Assembly (NCBI GenBank): GCA_977862235.1
Contig: OZ374557.1
Span: 62,001-126,000, forward strand
Origin: Dudresnaya verticillata
Taxonomy: Eukaryota
Direction of reading: 5' to 3'
Length of the DNA stretch: 64,000 nt
The position numbers and the translations under genes are program-made. Below are positions 22,276 to 35,169 of the stretch, piece after piece. Position 1 is the first letter of the stretch; each line of letters starts with the position of its first letter. The notes under the pieces are model-generated. The model made no database searches and had not been told where the DNA came from. It was given only the letters and a program-made list of their open reading frames with translations.

Positions 22276-22990
22276 CCGTAGGCAGCGGTAGGGTACGCGC
22301 GTGCGGAACGGGGAAGTCTGGACCAAGGCCGGCTTGCCCGGGCGTTTACTGCTACGTCTGGGACGGCTTACCTAAGTATAGTACGGCGGTGCGGCGGCGG
22401 CGGTGCGTGTGCGTAGCGCGGGAACTCGGGACACGTGTTGTCCCGAGGCACGTCTGACAGATCACCCATCGTATGCAGCCGCGCGCCTCACAGGTTACCG
22501 TGCAACCCCCTGTGTGGGTGCTTACACACACACGTGGACGCGTGTGCCTTACAGCTGTGCGCGCGCGTGTACTGTAGAGCGTGCGCCCTGGATCTGATCC
22601 GATACTTGTCCGATCCCGATCCCATCCGGATCGGGCCAGCAATGCGAACACTCGCAGCCTTACAGGCGCGTATCTTACAACTCGGGCGATCCGGATAGCC
22701 AATCTGGATACCGGATCCGGATCCCATCTGGATCCGTATTACAGTGCCCCGGGGCGCCATGTCGGCCCATCACCGTACAGTGCCCGCGTGGCGCGCGGCG
22801 CGCAGTGTGCGCGCGTGCCCCAGTGAGCCGTCGATGACGTGTTCGCGCGTCAACGACGGTGGTGAGCGCCGGTGGCGGTTTCTCCGTCGGTCGACGTATT
22901 TGTTGTTGCCCGCTTTCAGCGAAAAAGGGCTCAACTCCCCTTGCACCACAATTATCCTGTGGTTATTCAACAACAATGATGGTATTATCC

Positions 22991-25900
22991 TTAAAAGCAT
23001 AGACAGTAATTATCTGTGTGACTCAGTGATTAAACATTCACTTCTCACGTACTCAGATTCGACGAATGTGGAAATATTGAGAGCAGGCTGCAATATATCG
23101 GCCGTTATTGCATTCTCCAGTGCGGAATTATTGTCATCCGGGACACGTGAGAGTGCTACATTTGCCATTCCATACTGCCGAAAGTCTTTTGAAATACATG
23201 CCAGTGCCTCTGGAAGAGTCGCCCCTTGCCCCTGGTGACGAGTAATTGCATTCGAAGGCACACAATGAGGTCCTCAAAGTATCATACGAACTCCAAACAT
23301 TCGTTTCCGCACTGAAGACCATGGAACACAAATAGCACCAGGCACTTCCTCAATAGCAGAAACACCATTAAATGGTTGTAAATGTTGCACAAAAAGCTCA
23401 TAGTTCCCAGTCTTGCCTAAAAGTACTTCTGAAATTACTTCTGAAATGGTTTGTAAGGGATATAAAAGCTGCCCATTTGAGAAGCTTATGCCAACAACAC
23501 GGGTTTTTGCGTTATTGCACAGACCCCAAACTGGATTACAATTACGTTTCAGGCTTATTATTTGGCCTGGAAAATAATGGACATATGGTAAATGGGTTCT
23601 CCCTGCAGATGTAATTTTATGCGGAGACGTATAGAATTGATACAATACCTCTCGTGCCAGATCTTTATTCGGGATATTTTCCATCTGAACATTACACCAC
23701 ATGCGAAAAAGGCCTTTGCTGACTTCCATATGTCTCGAAACCTGTTCTCAGTGAGCGTTTACTTGCTTCCTTGTCGCTAAAATCCAAATTGCTGCTAGAC
23801 AAGACTCACTGTACAAAACATCTTGCGATTTGCAGTACAAATTGGTATTTGTTACATCGTCCTGTTCTAGTTGATATTTTGAAGCTCGCAACGTCAGATC
23901 CGCTAACGTTTTCTTTTCATTCTTATCGACTGAGTCAGAGGTATATGTACTCTTGCAGTATTGTAGATATGTGTGGAAGCCCGCATTCGTCACGTTTAGA
24001 AATTTCAAATGCACGAAGACGTTCTTTCTGCTGTTTAACTTCTTCTGTATCGTATACGATTAATAATGCAAAGGAAAATATTTAGACACTAGATATAACG
24101 GAGTGCCGGAAACCGCGGTAATAATAATACCGCGGTATTATTTTGCCGTGAGTCGCCGACCAGTAGAACTGGACGTCCTCCAAATGGAGTATTGTTGTTG
24201 AAACGTTCTTGCAATCGCTTGTTTATCAAATCGAGCCAATATGCAGACACGGTAAAGCATTCATCGATTACTAGTAGTTTTACTCCACTCCAAGAGTTCA
24301 TAAGCTTTAATTGGGCCTTTTCAGACAAGGGAGACAGAGACTCAAGTCCTAGCATTACATTTCGCTTCAGATACATTGAAAGCTTAATGCGGAGTGTATT
24401 GTCATTCCTTTGACGTTTCCGGCAGCTGATCCACTCATTGCCAGTATCGATACTTTCTGAAACGTGTTTTGATGTCTTTCGTGGGTAAGATCAGAAAGAA
24501 TCGGTGATATTGGATCACTGCTTGTTAATAAAAAGTCTTTCTTGCGATGTGATTGGAAAGGCATTAACTGTCATCCAAATAAAACATCACGTCTGTATTT
24601 GTGCTATTATCCACGATTTCCCGGGAACAGGTATCTCAATCATAACTAGTATTGGCGGTAGCGGCTTTTCAATATTTGAACGCGGTTGCCTACTATAGTA
24701 GAACGACTCCATGAATTCCGTTATGGCTTTAAGTGCTGTAGAACATGTTGTACACTTTGTGCTTGAGTTTTGCATTCTGACATCGCGGCCATTAAAAATG
24801 TCTTTGCAGCCAGTTTCCGATCATCTTTTGCATTTTGCAGACTTTGATTGATATCATATAAAAAGGAGCAGTATGCTCTTTTGGATTCTCCGTTTTCAGT
24901 ACACGTTCCATAAATTCGAGATGTTGCCTGATTCTATCCATTTTATCCGTGTATTCCGGCATGACATGGAGAATATGATGTCCTCTCGCTCTGTCTTTTA
25001 GATTTAAAGCAAGATTTACAGACCAGGGCTTCATATTGCTCTCATTATTCAAGTTTATTCTTGAATTTAATAGTGCATATGAAAATAATTTAGCATTTTC
25101 AAACTCTTCAAAGTTACCGGTTCATTCCATCCCATTCAATAAGTTTCAATATCAATAACAAAATCAATAAGTTTTCAATGTCACTTTCTTCGTCTATGTC
25201 ATAATCGTTTGTCTTTTCATTAGGAAATGATGTGCAAATCCATAGATTTTGAGGTACATGCATGGGACTTGGCGTATATGTAGGAATCACGTACTGTTGA
25301 TTCATACGTACAAATGCAATCGACTACCCTCAAACCTTCTCATTTCTGGGTATTTTAAATAACGTCCAGCGACTTTGAGACTTGAAGAGCGTTTATAGAG
25401 GTCAACAGGATTGGGAAAGCCATTTACCTCTCTGTGAGGTAAAATCAGAACTAATGCACCGCAATATCATATTGCATTGTCGGGGTCAGGAGGAGAGATA
25501 TGATATTTTATATCTCGTACCACTGTATCACCTTCATTTATCTCAATTACAACAAATCCCTCCGAATTAACAAGTTCATGAGGGTTTTTGCGCCTTTTTC
25601 TTCTCCGTTTGTGGCATTTTTGTACTTATTCAGTCATTGAAAGGTTTTACAATTCTTTCAGACGAACGTAATAATCCAAGAGATTTACAATTTGGATCTC
25701 GTGTGTCGTTCCGATGCACATAAAGTGATGAACTTGAGCTCAGAACTGAGAACTGAAAATTATCATTGCCGCGAGTGAACTGTTGTAGAACGCCTGAAAA
25801 CATACTTGGTCCTCATCGCGGTTCAATTCCTCTGATTGTAATATCAAGTGAAATATATGGCGTTGTGTCTACTCTAATAACTTACCACTACATAAAACGA

Positions 25901-26199
25901 TGAGGATATCCTAAAAGATTTGATGACGCCTCAGGTGCTCCGAATGGACGAAATGATTCTACCGCAAGGTGTATTTTTCTCAGTTTCGCTGAACAATTGC
26001 TGCTCGGAGCAACCCTACGCACTTTTCGAAACACATCATGAACATTCCCCGATTTGTCTGTGCTGGACATGCAGTACGCCACATAGATCATTGCTCCAAA
26101 AGATTTTCCACATAATGGTTGAATATCCATATTCGTCTCCATAAGTTTAGAATGGGTATTGAATAGCTGTTTATAAGTTCTCACCGTGAGCTTATTCAT
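22991..26199 (-). pseudogene. Helitron/Helentron-like Rep-PIF1 helicase remnant
   Basis: AT-rich fragmented ORFs in the expected order: NMDIQ..YVAY and R..GAPEA...LLGYP (Rep C-terminal region), then PGKSW, SGSAAGNVKGMTIHS, LLVIDE, PFGG..VLLVGD..Q, N...GLCN, QGATL and VALSRV (PIF1 motifs). Confidence 0.8.
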
Positions 26200-26200
26200 A

Positions 26201-26332
26201 TCTCACTTATCATAACAAGCCAAATTCTCACTTATCACTTATCATAACAAGCCAAATTGGCTTGTTATGATATGATATGATCTGATCAGAACAAGCTAAA
26301 TTGGCTTGTTATGATAAGTGATTATCATAACA
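26201..26332. repeat. Direct and inverted repeat cluster with a perfect 15-bp hairpin
   Basis: TATCATAACAAGCCA-AAT-TGGCTTGTTATGATA at 26240-26272, plus further copies of both arms. Confidence 0.9.
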
Positions 26333-26424
26333 TACACACAGGCAAGCGACGCAGGTGAGCACAGCGGCCCCCAAATATACGCTCTTACCACCTCCCCGCG
26401 TGACACACACCACGCTCACACGCA

Positions 26425-26425
<1 letters not shown>

Positions 26426-26464
<39 letters not shown>
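26426..26464. repeat. (CA)n microsatellite
   Basis: Uninterrupted CA run, followed by a G/C-rich tract. Confidence 0.95.
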
Positions 26465-26468
<4 letters not shown>

Positions 26469-28011
26469 TAACACACACAGTGTTCGGGAGGCGGGGCGGC
26501 GGCGCGCGCGGGCGGGGCGGCGGGCGCGCGGGCGAGGGGGAGGGAGGGCGGCGCGGCCCAGGCCCTGGCTACTCCACCTCTATATGTACTGCTCTACTCG
26601 ATACGTCTCTAGACGTTTCTCTTAATCTACCAATAAAATCACCCCAAGAAGATCAAAAAGAGCTCCGGGAATTAGTACGGCGCCCCGCCGGACGGTCTTG
26701 TAATAATAATCCTGGCCGAGGACTTGGACAAGAACTTGGTAACTTCACTCACTGCACACCCCGCACAGCTGGGGAGTTCTGGTTCGCCGATAAAGCTTCG
26801 CGGAAAAGGGGTGTAGCCAGTAGTGGACCGCCAAGTCCGGGCGAGGGTACAACGAATGCGTTCCACAACCTTCTCGAGTCACAAGATTGACACTTTAACA
26901 ACCGCTGTGACACTGGAGAGCGGCGCTGTGCCGCCTCTGTAATGCTTGACGTACAGTCCTACGCTGGCTTTCTCTCTCCATCGTGGCCCCCATCGACGGA
27001 CCGATGCGTCTGGGTCCAAGGACCACCGGAGCAGTCCCGCGCCGAGCTGTACACGTGGCCACTAAGGCAGGGCTCGGTGCACTAGGCTACTAGGCTATCT
27101 AGATCCCATGTACATGAGCCCACCCCACTGTGGCATCCCTGCTGGACTCTAAACATTCGCCCAATTAAACGCGCGCTACATTGTGAGCTCGATGCCCCAA
27201 TACGCTCTGTTCTGGGGGCTGGGGGCGCGGCGCGGCGCGTAGGCGTGGGCGCGGGCGCGGGGGTGGGCGACAGCATGGGTGGGGGCGTGGGGGGGTTTGG
27301 GGGCGCGCAATACGCAGCTACGCTAGTCTAGGGTGCACGCAGGGGAGGGGTTCCTTTGGATAGGTTAATCTGTAGTATAATGCGCGTACTTGACGATGCA
27401 ATTAAGAGCGGCGACCTGGCCTTGATCCTCACATTCTCGGTCGAACACCTTGGACGCAGAAGTAGTCCAACGACGAGCTTCTAGAAACTGCCCAAAGTGT
27501 AGCGTAGAAAAGAAAATAAAGTTAGCAATTGGTTCAAACGCAACAGGATAAAATAAAATCAGATATGAGCCCAAGCGAGACTTACTCAACCTGCTGGATA
27601 CCAAGTTCACACTCAGCGCGAGGCAACCGGGTGAAACCATGTGAGGTATGTTTGCCCCGAGATTCATAAGCGCACGCGAACTGCAGTTTCTCATCGCAGG
27701 GCATGCCTTCAACGCTGACAAAACCGTGCGCGCGCAGTAAAAACAAACACCTCATGATCTGCGACTCACCAAGTGCCACAAACGGAACTATCAATGATAC
27801 ATCCAGGTTGCTAGTTGCTCGTCACCATTCTCGCCTCAGTCGTTCGTTTCCCTCCGCGAGTTTGCATTGCATCCCTTCTATTCTCAATCACCTCCTCCAC
27901 AAAAGCGTGCGTGCGCTGGACAAAACTTTTTCCGTTTTCCATCATCCTTTTCACAACGCGTGCGGGCGCTGTACAAACACCAAACAAAACACCGTCATGC
28001 CGATGAGGCAT

Positions 28012-28296
28012 CTAGACTTCCACACTCTTGCCATCGTCATTATTGTCGAGGACAACTATTTCTGCAGAACCAACCATCTCCCTGGTTCGCTTATCACTAG
28101 CAGTACCGGCGTCCTTTGGTGCGTTTTAATCAGCCTTGTTAGGCGCACTCTGCTACTTCCCACCTTCGTCAAGCGGAGTTTCCACAGCGCCAGCGTTATC
28201 ATCCTGCTCCGCCTCCTGGCCTTTGCTACGATCCTTACCCACAGACGTTCCCTGTGACGCTGCATTGTTGGCTTCCTGGATATTGCTAGTGTCACT
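28012..28296 (-). pseudogene. Displaced low-complexity C-terminal tail of the SF1 helicase gene
   Basis: Removing the element at 28297-39940 and one TSD copy rejoins a hydrophilic minus-strand frame (SDTSNIQEANNAASQGTSVGKDRSKGQEAEQDD...) to similar sequence at 39946-40160. Confidence 0.5.
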
Positions 28297-29139
28297 TGTG
28301 ATATAACGAAGTCCACGGTGACGCGGGGAAGTCTCGCACTGTAAGGAATGGCCTCAGAGCCTAAAAAATGGCCTCGTAGCCTAACGGAGAAAGGAAAAGG
28401 GGCGGTAGCGTGGTAGAGCGGAGCGACCAACACGAAGGACCACGGTTCAACGTATTCGCGTGCGGAAGGGAGAACTCGAGCGATTGATCACCGGGGATGA
28501 CTCCGGGTGCGCGGGGCTATCGAAAGCTAGGCTCGACCGTATCCGTGGTCACGAAGACGAAGACACCGAACGCGAAGAAACAGGCGTTTACCGAAGACTT
28601 CGAGGTCCGGGCGCTAGTCGCTTACCGGAAAACCCTCGGAGGTTGTGCCAGACGACGGGCTAAGTAATACTACGTGAGCACGAATACTCGTCAACACGGG
28701 AGACGGTTCGTACTCGAATGATTCGTAACGGCCTCGGTGCCAACGAACGGTCGCCTCACGTATGGTGGCGGTTACGAAGTGTGACAGCGATCCATACGGA
28801 GGTGCGCGCGCCTCGTGGGGCTCGGTGTCGTTACGCGTGGGAAACAACGGGAGAGTCACGAAGGTGTCAGCGATTTCGTATCGGGTGCGCACTGTAATGC
28901 GAATGCCATCGTGGCGCGCCCGATCACGAAGTCAGCTCAGATTTCGTCCGGAGTTGTCAGCGATTTCGTATCACGTGCGTGCTGTAATGCGAATGCCATC
29001 GTGGCACGCGCAGAGTATGCGCACTGTAATTCGTTTGCCATCGTGGCGTGCGCATTCACGGAGTCACTTCGAAATTCGTATTTCTCGATTATTATCACGT
29101 AGACCACGGAGTCGTTTTGCGCATAGAGTCTATACCACA
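28297..29139 (-). repeat. 3' LTR of Gypsy family B
   Basis: Diverged copy of 39098-39940. Confidence 0.93.
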
Positions 29140-30658
29140 CGGCCCCCTCCTCAAGAGCGAACGTCCCGGTCGCGGGTTACGGATTTTCGGATTGCCGTGG
29201 CCTGCGTGCAAACGATGCAATACGAAGCGCGGAATTTCGATACGGTCCGACCGCGACAAACCGAGAGTTGCGAATCGCGATTGACTTGGACTTCGGAGTC
29301 CACAAAGACGTCGGGAAGCATGTAGAAAAAACGGATTTGAAATCGCAGCTTCGGTTCTCGAATGGCGGCCTCATCGAGACTTCGGAATTTCACGTGCACA
29401 GCCCCCTCCTCAAGAGGAAGACGTCCGCGCCGACGTGATTGGGGGGTGGTTTGCGGATACGCGCTCCTAGAAGAGCTGTGCAGGTGGGGCGATGATCGCG
29501 CTGAGCAAGTCGCGGGAGCTCCGGGGCTGTCGTGGTCGAGCTGCTTCGGGGGCGCATCGGGTCGCAGGCGCACGCGTCAGCGAGCTCCAAGGCAAGCGGT
29601 TGTCGGGCGCACGTCGAGGACTCCGGGGTCGCGTCGAAGGTGCGTCGTAAAAGGAAGTGAGCTCCGTGGCTCAAGCTAGGGGTTGAGTTGGCATCTACGC
29701 TACTCCGAGGCAAGCGATCGAGCGACTTCGGCGTGATGCGCGGGTTGCGAAGGCGAAGTGCGTGTTGCGGGTGGCATCGGCCTCGAAGTATGACGTCATG
29801 CGCGTATGACAAGTTACGAATAGTTCACCGTGTCCGTCCGTCGCGGTGTCAGCTCCTGTAATGCGAGTGCCACGGTGCAACCGGGTGTGCGCGGTGCGCC
29901 TTTGCGGGTTTCACGAGGGGCGCTGAGTTGGGGCGGTGGTGTTCGACACCGCCCGACGTCGTGGAGCGCAATTCCGTGGTGGCGTTGGCATCGTGATTGC
30001 GTATCGTTGATGCGGTGGCGTGTCGTCTCCGAGGACCTCGGTGCCGTGCGGCGCGCGGCCGAGGAGTAGCGCGACGAACGCTTCGGCTCCGGGGCAATCC
30101 GGTGCGGGTCGAGCGAATCGAAGACGGCGATCACGAAGCGGGCTGTGTCGACGTCGACTTCGTGAATGGTGCGGGAAAGACTGTGTGTTGCCGCCGGGGG
30201 CTGCGTGGGCGTGTGTCGCGTGCCATAGAAATTGCGTAGCTGCGGTAGCGTCATGTGCGTGGTGGCGGCCATCTGCTCCGAGGTAACCGTGTCTGTCGTG
30301 GCTGTGGTCGTGCGCGACGAAGGCGCGTTGCGGAAGACGGAGACGAGTATCACGAAGTTGGGCCAAGAGAGGCGCGTAGCGGTACCATGCAAACGTATGC
30401 TCCGGGGCAATCGATCACTTGCGCAGTCATCACGTGATGCAAGAACGCAGTGGGGCGCCGGGGCCATTCGTATAAGGAGCTTCGGTTGCCGCGCAACTCG
30501 AGTGGGCGTAGGCGTTATTCGGGCTGCGGGGTGCGGAGCACGAAGTCGGGGCCACGGAATCGCTCGGGCTCCCAGTCGGAGAGCGATTCGTGCGCGAGTA
30601 TCACGGGATCACGCGGGTCCGCTTGGCTTCGAAGCCTTGCGAAGTGGCGCGAAACGAG

Positions 30659-33600
30659 TTATTCGGACACGTGCGTACGAGGTTCCCACGTAGGCGTCGC
30701 GTAGCCGCCCCACTTGATACGAAACACAAATTTCCCGTCCTCGTCGGTCGAGTGATCGAGGATACGATCTACCACGTACTCAGGCCTTCGTTGACCTTTT
30801 CCGCGATGTCTTCGGGTCGCGTGATCGACGGTCGCGAATTCGTAGGTGGTGGCGCGTAGATGCAGCGGTCCGCGGAGACGCGTCAACGAGGCCCTGCCGA
30901 TCGATTACGAGTGTAGGTGTATCGTTGAAGAGCACTTTTTACGGCCCCTCTGCGGGGGATTTAAACTTCGGAAGTTTCGTTTTCCCATTGTGGGTATCGA
31001 GGAACACGTAGTCTCCGGATTTGACGCGACTCTTCGTGCGTCGGATGCGTTTGTCGAAGTCGGGCTTGTATCGGTTTTGCACACGTTGTAACGAAGTTCT
31101 TGCGGAGGTGATTGCGACATCGAGTCGCTTAATTAAATCGTTTCGGATGTCCTCCGTGGGTTTCGGTCGGTGCTTACGGGAGCGATGTTTGACGGTGAAT
31201 TCGGGCGGCGGTCGCGATAAAACGAGATTGAACGGAGTTGGCTTCGTAGACCGATGAACGTGGCAATTGTACGAATACTTTAACGCGGAGATGTCGCGGT
31301 CCCAATTGTTTGGGTGGTCGTTCATGTAGTTACGAAGCATCGCGAGGATAGTCCGGTTATATCGTTCGGTTTGACCATTCGTTTGCGGATGATATGCGGA
31401 GGTGAACACGTTCGATAACCCGAGTAAGCGATAGACACCCTGAAAGAACTTGGAAGTTAACTGTTTGCCGTTATCCGAGAGCATCGAGGCGGGCGGTCCA
31501 TACTTGAATATCCAAACTTCGCAAAAGGCAACGGCCACGTGATACGCGGTTATTACTCGTAGTGTGGCCACCTGGGTCAACTTCGTAAAGCGATCCGTAA
31601 TCACGAGGATGAACGTGCGTCCGAATTTCTTACGTGGCAACGGGCCTAAGATGTCAATCGCGACCGATTCGAGTGGGCGCATAGCTCGGAAGAGCTTCAA
31701 GCAATGAAAGTTCCTTCGTATTTCGTGCGCAGTGCTTGCAACTTTGGACCATAGATGCGATATCGGCAGCCATGTAAGGCCAGTAATACGTTTCACGAAG
31801 TGAGTAGAACATGCGATTCTGCCCCGGATGGCCAGCGAGTAACGAATGGTGCGCTAGCGTAAGTAACCGGGGTCGGAGCGTTTCGGGCAATACGATTTGC
31901 GTGAACTTCGGAATTGTCGGATGCGTTCGTCGCAGGAGACCATCTCCATCTTCGTGAAAGACACTATCCTTTGTTTTCGATTGTCGTGCTTGCACCGTTT
32001 GGCAGAACGAATCAATACGCTGTCCCTCGAGGATCTCGGATACGTTAATCGGCGCGGGTAGGTCTACGGGTTTGACATCGGTTAGGTCACGCGGTTCTTC
32101 GTTGAGATCGATTCGATAAAGGTCAAACGGATCATCGTCATCGATATCGTCCCATAAATCGCAGTCGTCGTAGACCTCGTTTTGTTCTGCGTATTTATCA
32201 CGCAGTGCGTCGTGGTGTGCGTGGGTGCAGTCTTCGTGGCTTTGCGGATGGTGAGCTGCGTTAATTTTCGGGACCTCCGTGGGTCTTTGCGTAGTGCCGG
32301 CTCTAATTAGCCGTTTTGCGGGCTTGGTCGTCCTCGTGGAGTCGTGGTGAACCGCGATAACATTCGATTGACGTTGGCGAGATCGCGTAGTGATGAGAAC
32401 CGGGTCTCTTGCGTTTTCGATAGTTTTCGCGACGTCGTTTCGGAAGCGTGCTTCGTGCTTTGTGGCGTTTTGATCCGAGTCAAACATAGGCACTTCGTCG
32501 TCGATTGCGGGTTGTTCGCGATGCGGAAGTAGCAATCCCGAGAGGGCATCGGGAATCTGGTGGACGCGACCGGGGCGATACACGATTTCGAAGTCGAATT
32601 CGGCTAAGCGAAGCCTCCATCGGGTGAGTCGCCCGAACGAATCGGTGAGAGAAAGAAGTCAGCGGAGCGCGTCGTGGTCCGTACGCACGGTGAGCCGGGC
32701 CCCTTCGATATACGGACATAACGAAGTAACCGCCCATACGACTGCGTAGCATTCGCGCTCGGTTGCGGAGTAGTTCTTCTCAGCATCGTTTAAATAATAA
32801 GACCAGTAGCCCACCGGTTGGAACTCTTCGTTATCTTGCTCCTGGAGCAACGCGCACCCGCGTTGATACGCACACGCGTCCTTATCGATGATGTAGCGTT
32901 TCCCGAGTTGCGGTAACCGGAGTATCGGCGGTGACACGAGCTTCCGTTTGAGCGTTTCGAATTCGGTAACCTGATCCTCCGTGGGATTCTCGCAGTCAGG
33001 ATCCGCGTCCTTTCGTGTCATGTTCGTCAACGGGCGCGCAATTTTCACGAAGTCTTTTACGAATATTCGGTATACGTTACACGCGCCGAGGAACGAACGG
33101 ACTTGCGTGAGGGTCTTCGGGAACTTCGCGTATCGGAATGCCAGCTCTTCTCGGCCATTCTCAGCTTCCACGGGGAAAATACGTGTCCGAGATAGTCCAC
33201 TCGCTTGCGAAAACGGAAGCACTTCTTCATTTTGAGCGGTACCCTGGAGTTACAAAGTAGCGTGAGGACTTGATCGAGATGCGCGATGTGTTCACGAAGA
33301 TTCGCGGAGAAAACGATCACGCCATCGAGGTAAACGAGACAGCACTGCCAACGGACTCCGGATAGAATGATATCGAGTGCACGTTGAAACGTAGCGGGTG
33401 CGTTTTTCAAACCGAAGGGCATACGAGTATAACGATAAGTTCCGAGAAACGAAGTAAACGTAGTCTTGTCACGGTCTTCCGGGGCAACCGGAATCTGCCA
33501 GTACCCGCTGTTACAATCGAGTGTCGAGAAAAGTGAAGCGTCTCCGAGTGAATCGATACAATCCTCCATCCGGGGAAGCGGGTACGCGTCGGATAGTGTC

Positions 33601-35127
33601 TTCGTATTGAGTCTTCGGTAATCGAGGCAGAAACTAAGCGTTCCGTCTTTCTTCGGTGCGAGGACTACGGGGGACGCCCACTGCGAGGTGGCTGGTTCGA
33701 TTACTCCGGCTTCGAGCATACTGTCGATTTCGTTACGCACGATTTCACGTATTGCGGGCCTGTTGAAAGGTGTACGGGAGCTGTTCAACTTGTTGCATTA
33801 CTTGCCTAGGCTATTCCCAGTAAGCAGTCGCAGCTTGTTCTTTATGTGTCTTCTACCCTACTGGTAATTCCGAGAATCTACTGTTCTTACAATTAGAACT
33901 ACACCAACGCTAGCAATTGGACTTGCGCCAGTGCCTACAATTAGAAGTGCGCCATTTGCTCAAATCGCAGGCCCATCTCGTAAGTTGCAGTCAGACTTCA
34001 ACAGGGCCCTTGACGGTAGGGCATCGAACGAATAGGTCTAGTTCCGGGTTGTAGATCGATCCGATGCTCCGTGGCTGCGATCGTTCGTAGGTCTCCGTTC
34101 CACATCGATTCGTGCTTACGTAGCATCTCGAGGGCCTCGTTTCGCATAGTTTCGTCGGGTATGTTCGAAAGGTCTACGCGTTCTTCCCAATCGCGGGAAC
34201 TCGAATTGGCTTCGGCTGCTGTCGTCGCGGAGCCCTTGGCGAGCGGTTTTCCTTCGCGGATACGGATTCTTCTGGTGACTTCGAGTCGTCGTGCTCACGT
34301 AGCGTAGAGATGTTGAGCACATTGGCAAACGAATCCGCGACTTCGGGATCGGGTGTCAAAATCTCGAGCGGGTTTCGAGCCGCGTATCCGATGACGGTTC
34401 CTTTCGGTAGAGCTCGAGGCTTATCCGTGAAGTTCGCCATCAACACCGAAAACTCGCGATTCGGACTGACTTCGTGTATCCCGTTCGTCAACCGTATCCC
34501 GTGCCGGTGTTATAACGAAGGATTCGGTTCGATATGAATTAGTCCGAGTGCTTACAAGGTCACGGTGACTAGCTTCTGCGAATAACTCGGTATGGTGACG
34601 CGGCGGATCAAGCGAATGGTACGGATGTCTCGGTCCCAGTCGTGAAGCTCGCGTTGATATCGCTTCGATATCGTTTTCTCGAATTTCTGCTTCGGATTTT
34701 TCGAATTAGTAGCGGGCGGAGCCGATCCAGTAATGCGGTTGATAATCGGAATCGTGCTTCCACTCTTCGTGATGAGCCTCCGTGGGCTGAGCTCGATGCT
34801 TCGTAAATGCGCGTCCATCCACGAAGTTCCAAGGAGAACGTCGACTGCGAGCTTCTCCGCAACCACGAAGGGTACGTGGTATCGAACGTTCCCAAGGCGG
34901 ACTGTCAGGTAAACAATACCATCGAGTCGCAACGGGGTGCGATCAGCGGACGCGAGCCTCGGAGCTGATGCCATCGTGGACGCGTTCGCTTCCCAACCGG
35001 TGGGTAACGCAGCCCAGGCTATTAGGTTGTAACCGGAACACGCATCGACTTCAATCGTATGCGTCGTCATTACGGAGGCATCGAGGTCAATGGATCCAGT
35101 CACGAGGAAGATTTCCGAAGTCATCAA
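30659..35127 (-). pseudogene. Pol of Gypsy family B (PR, RT, RH, IN, chromodomain; fragmented)
   Basis: VDACSGYNLI, FCLDYRRLN, MPFGLKNAPATFQ, YLDG (mutated YLDD), DACAY, TDH, GHPG, DILGPLP, SDNG, YHPQTNGQTER and EYVVDRIL...RIKWGGY..PTWEP. Confidence 0.92.
33761..34003. mobile_element. Solo LTR (243 bp) of an unrelated family inserted in family B pol
   Basis: TGTTGAA...TTCAACA termini and TSD GGGCC (33756-33760 and 34004-34008). It interrupts the YRQG|PAIRE frame, which is intact in the paralogue at ~60180. Confidence 0.92.
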
Positions 35128-35169
35128 GCAAACGTATCCCTCGGTGGTAACTTCGGGTTCGATCTTCGA

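Larger units (their letters stand above)
10328..22950. mobile_element. Solo LTR (~900 bp; pieces 10328-10560 and 22276-22950) interrupted by a nested Gypsy element
   Basis: 10-bp inverted termini TGTGGTGCAA / TTGCACCACA and 5-bp TSD ATTAT (10323-10327 and 22951-22955). Confidence 0.85.

Noticed and set aside
10297..22988. 31-bp TSD around the whole 12.6-kb insertion
   Set aside because: Better explained by a 5-bp ATTAT TSD inside a pre-existing 33-bp tandem duplication.
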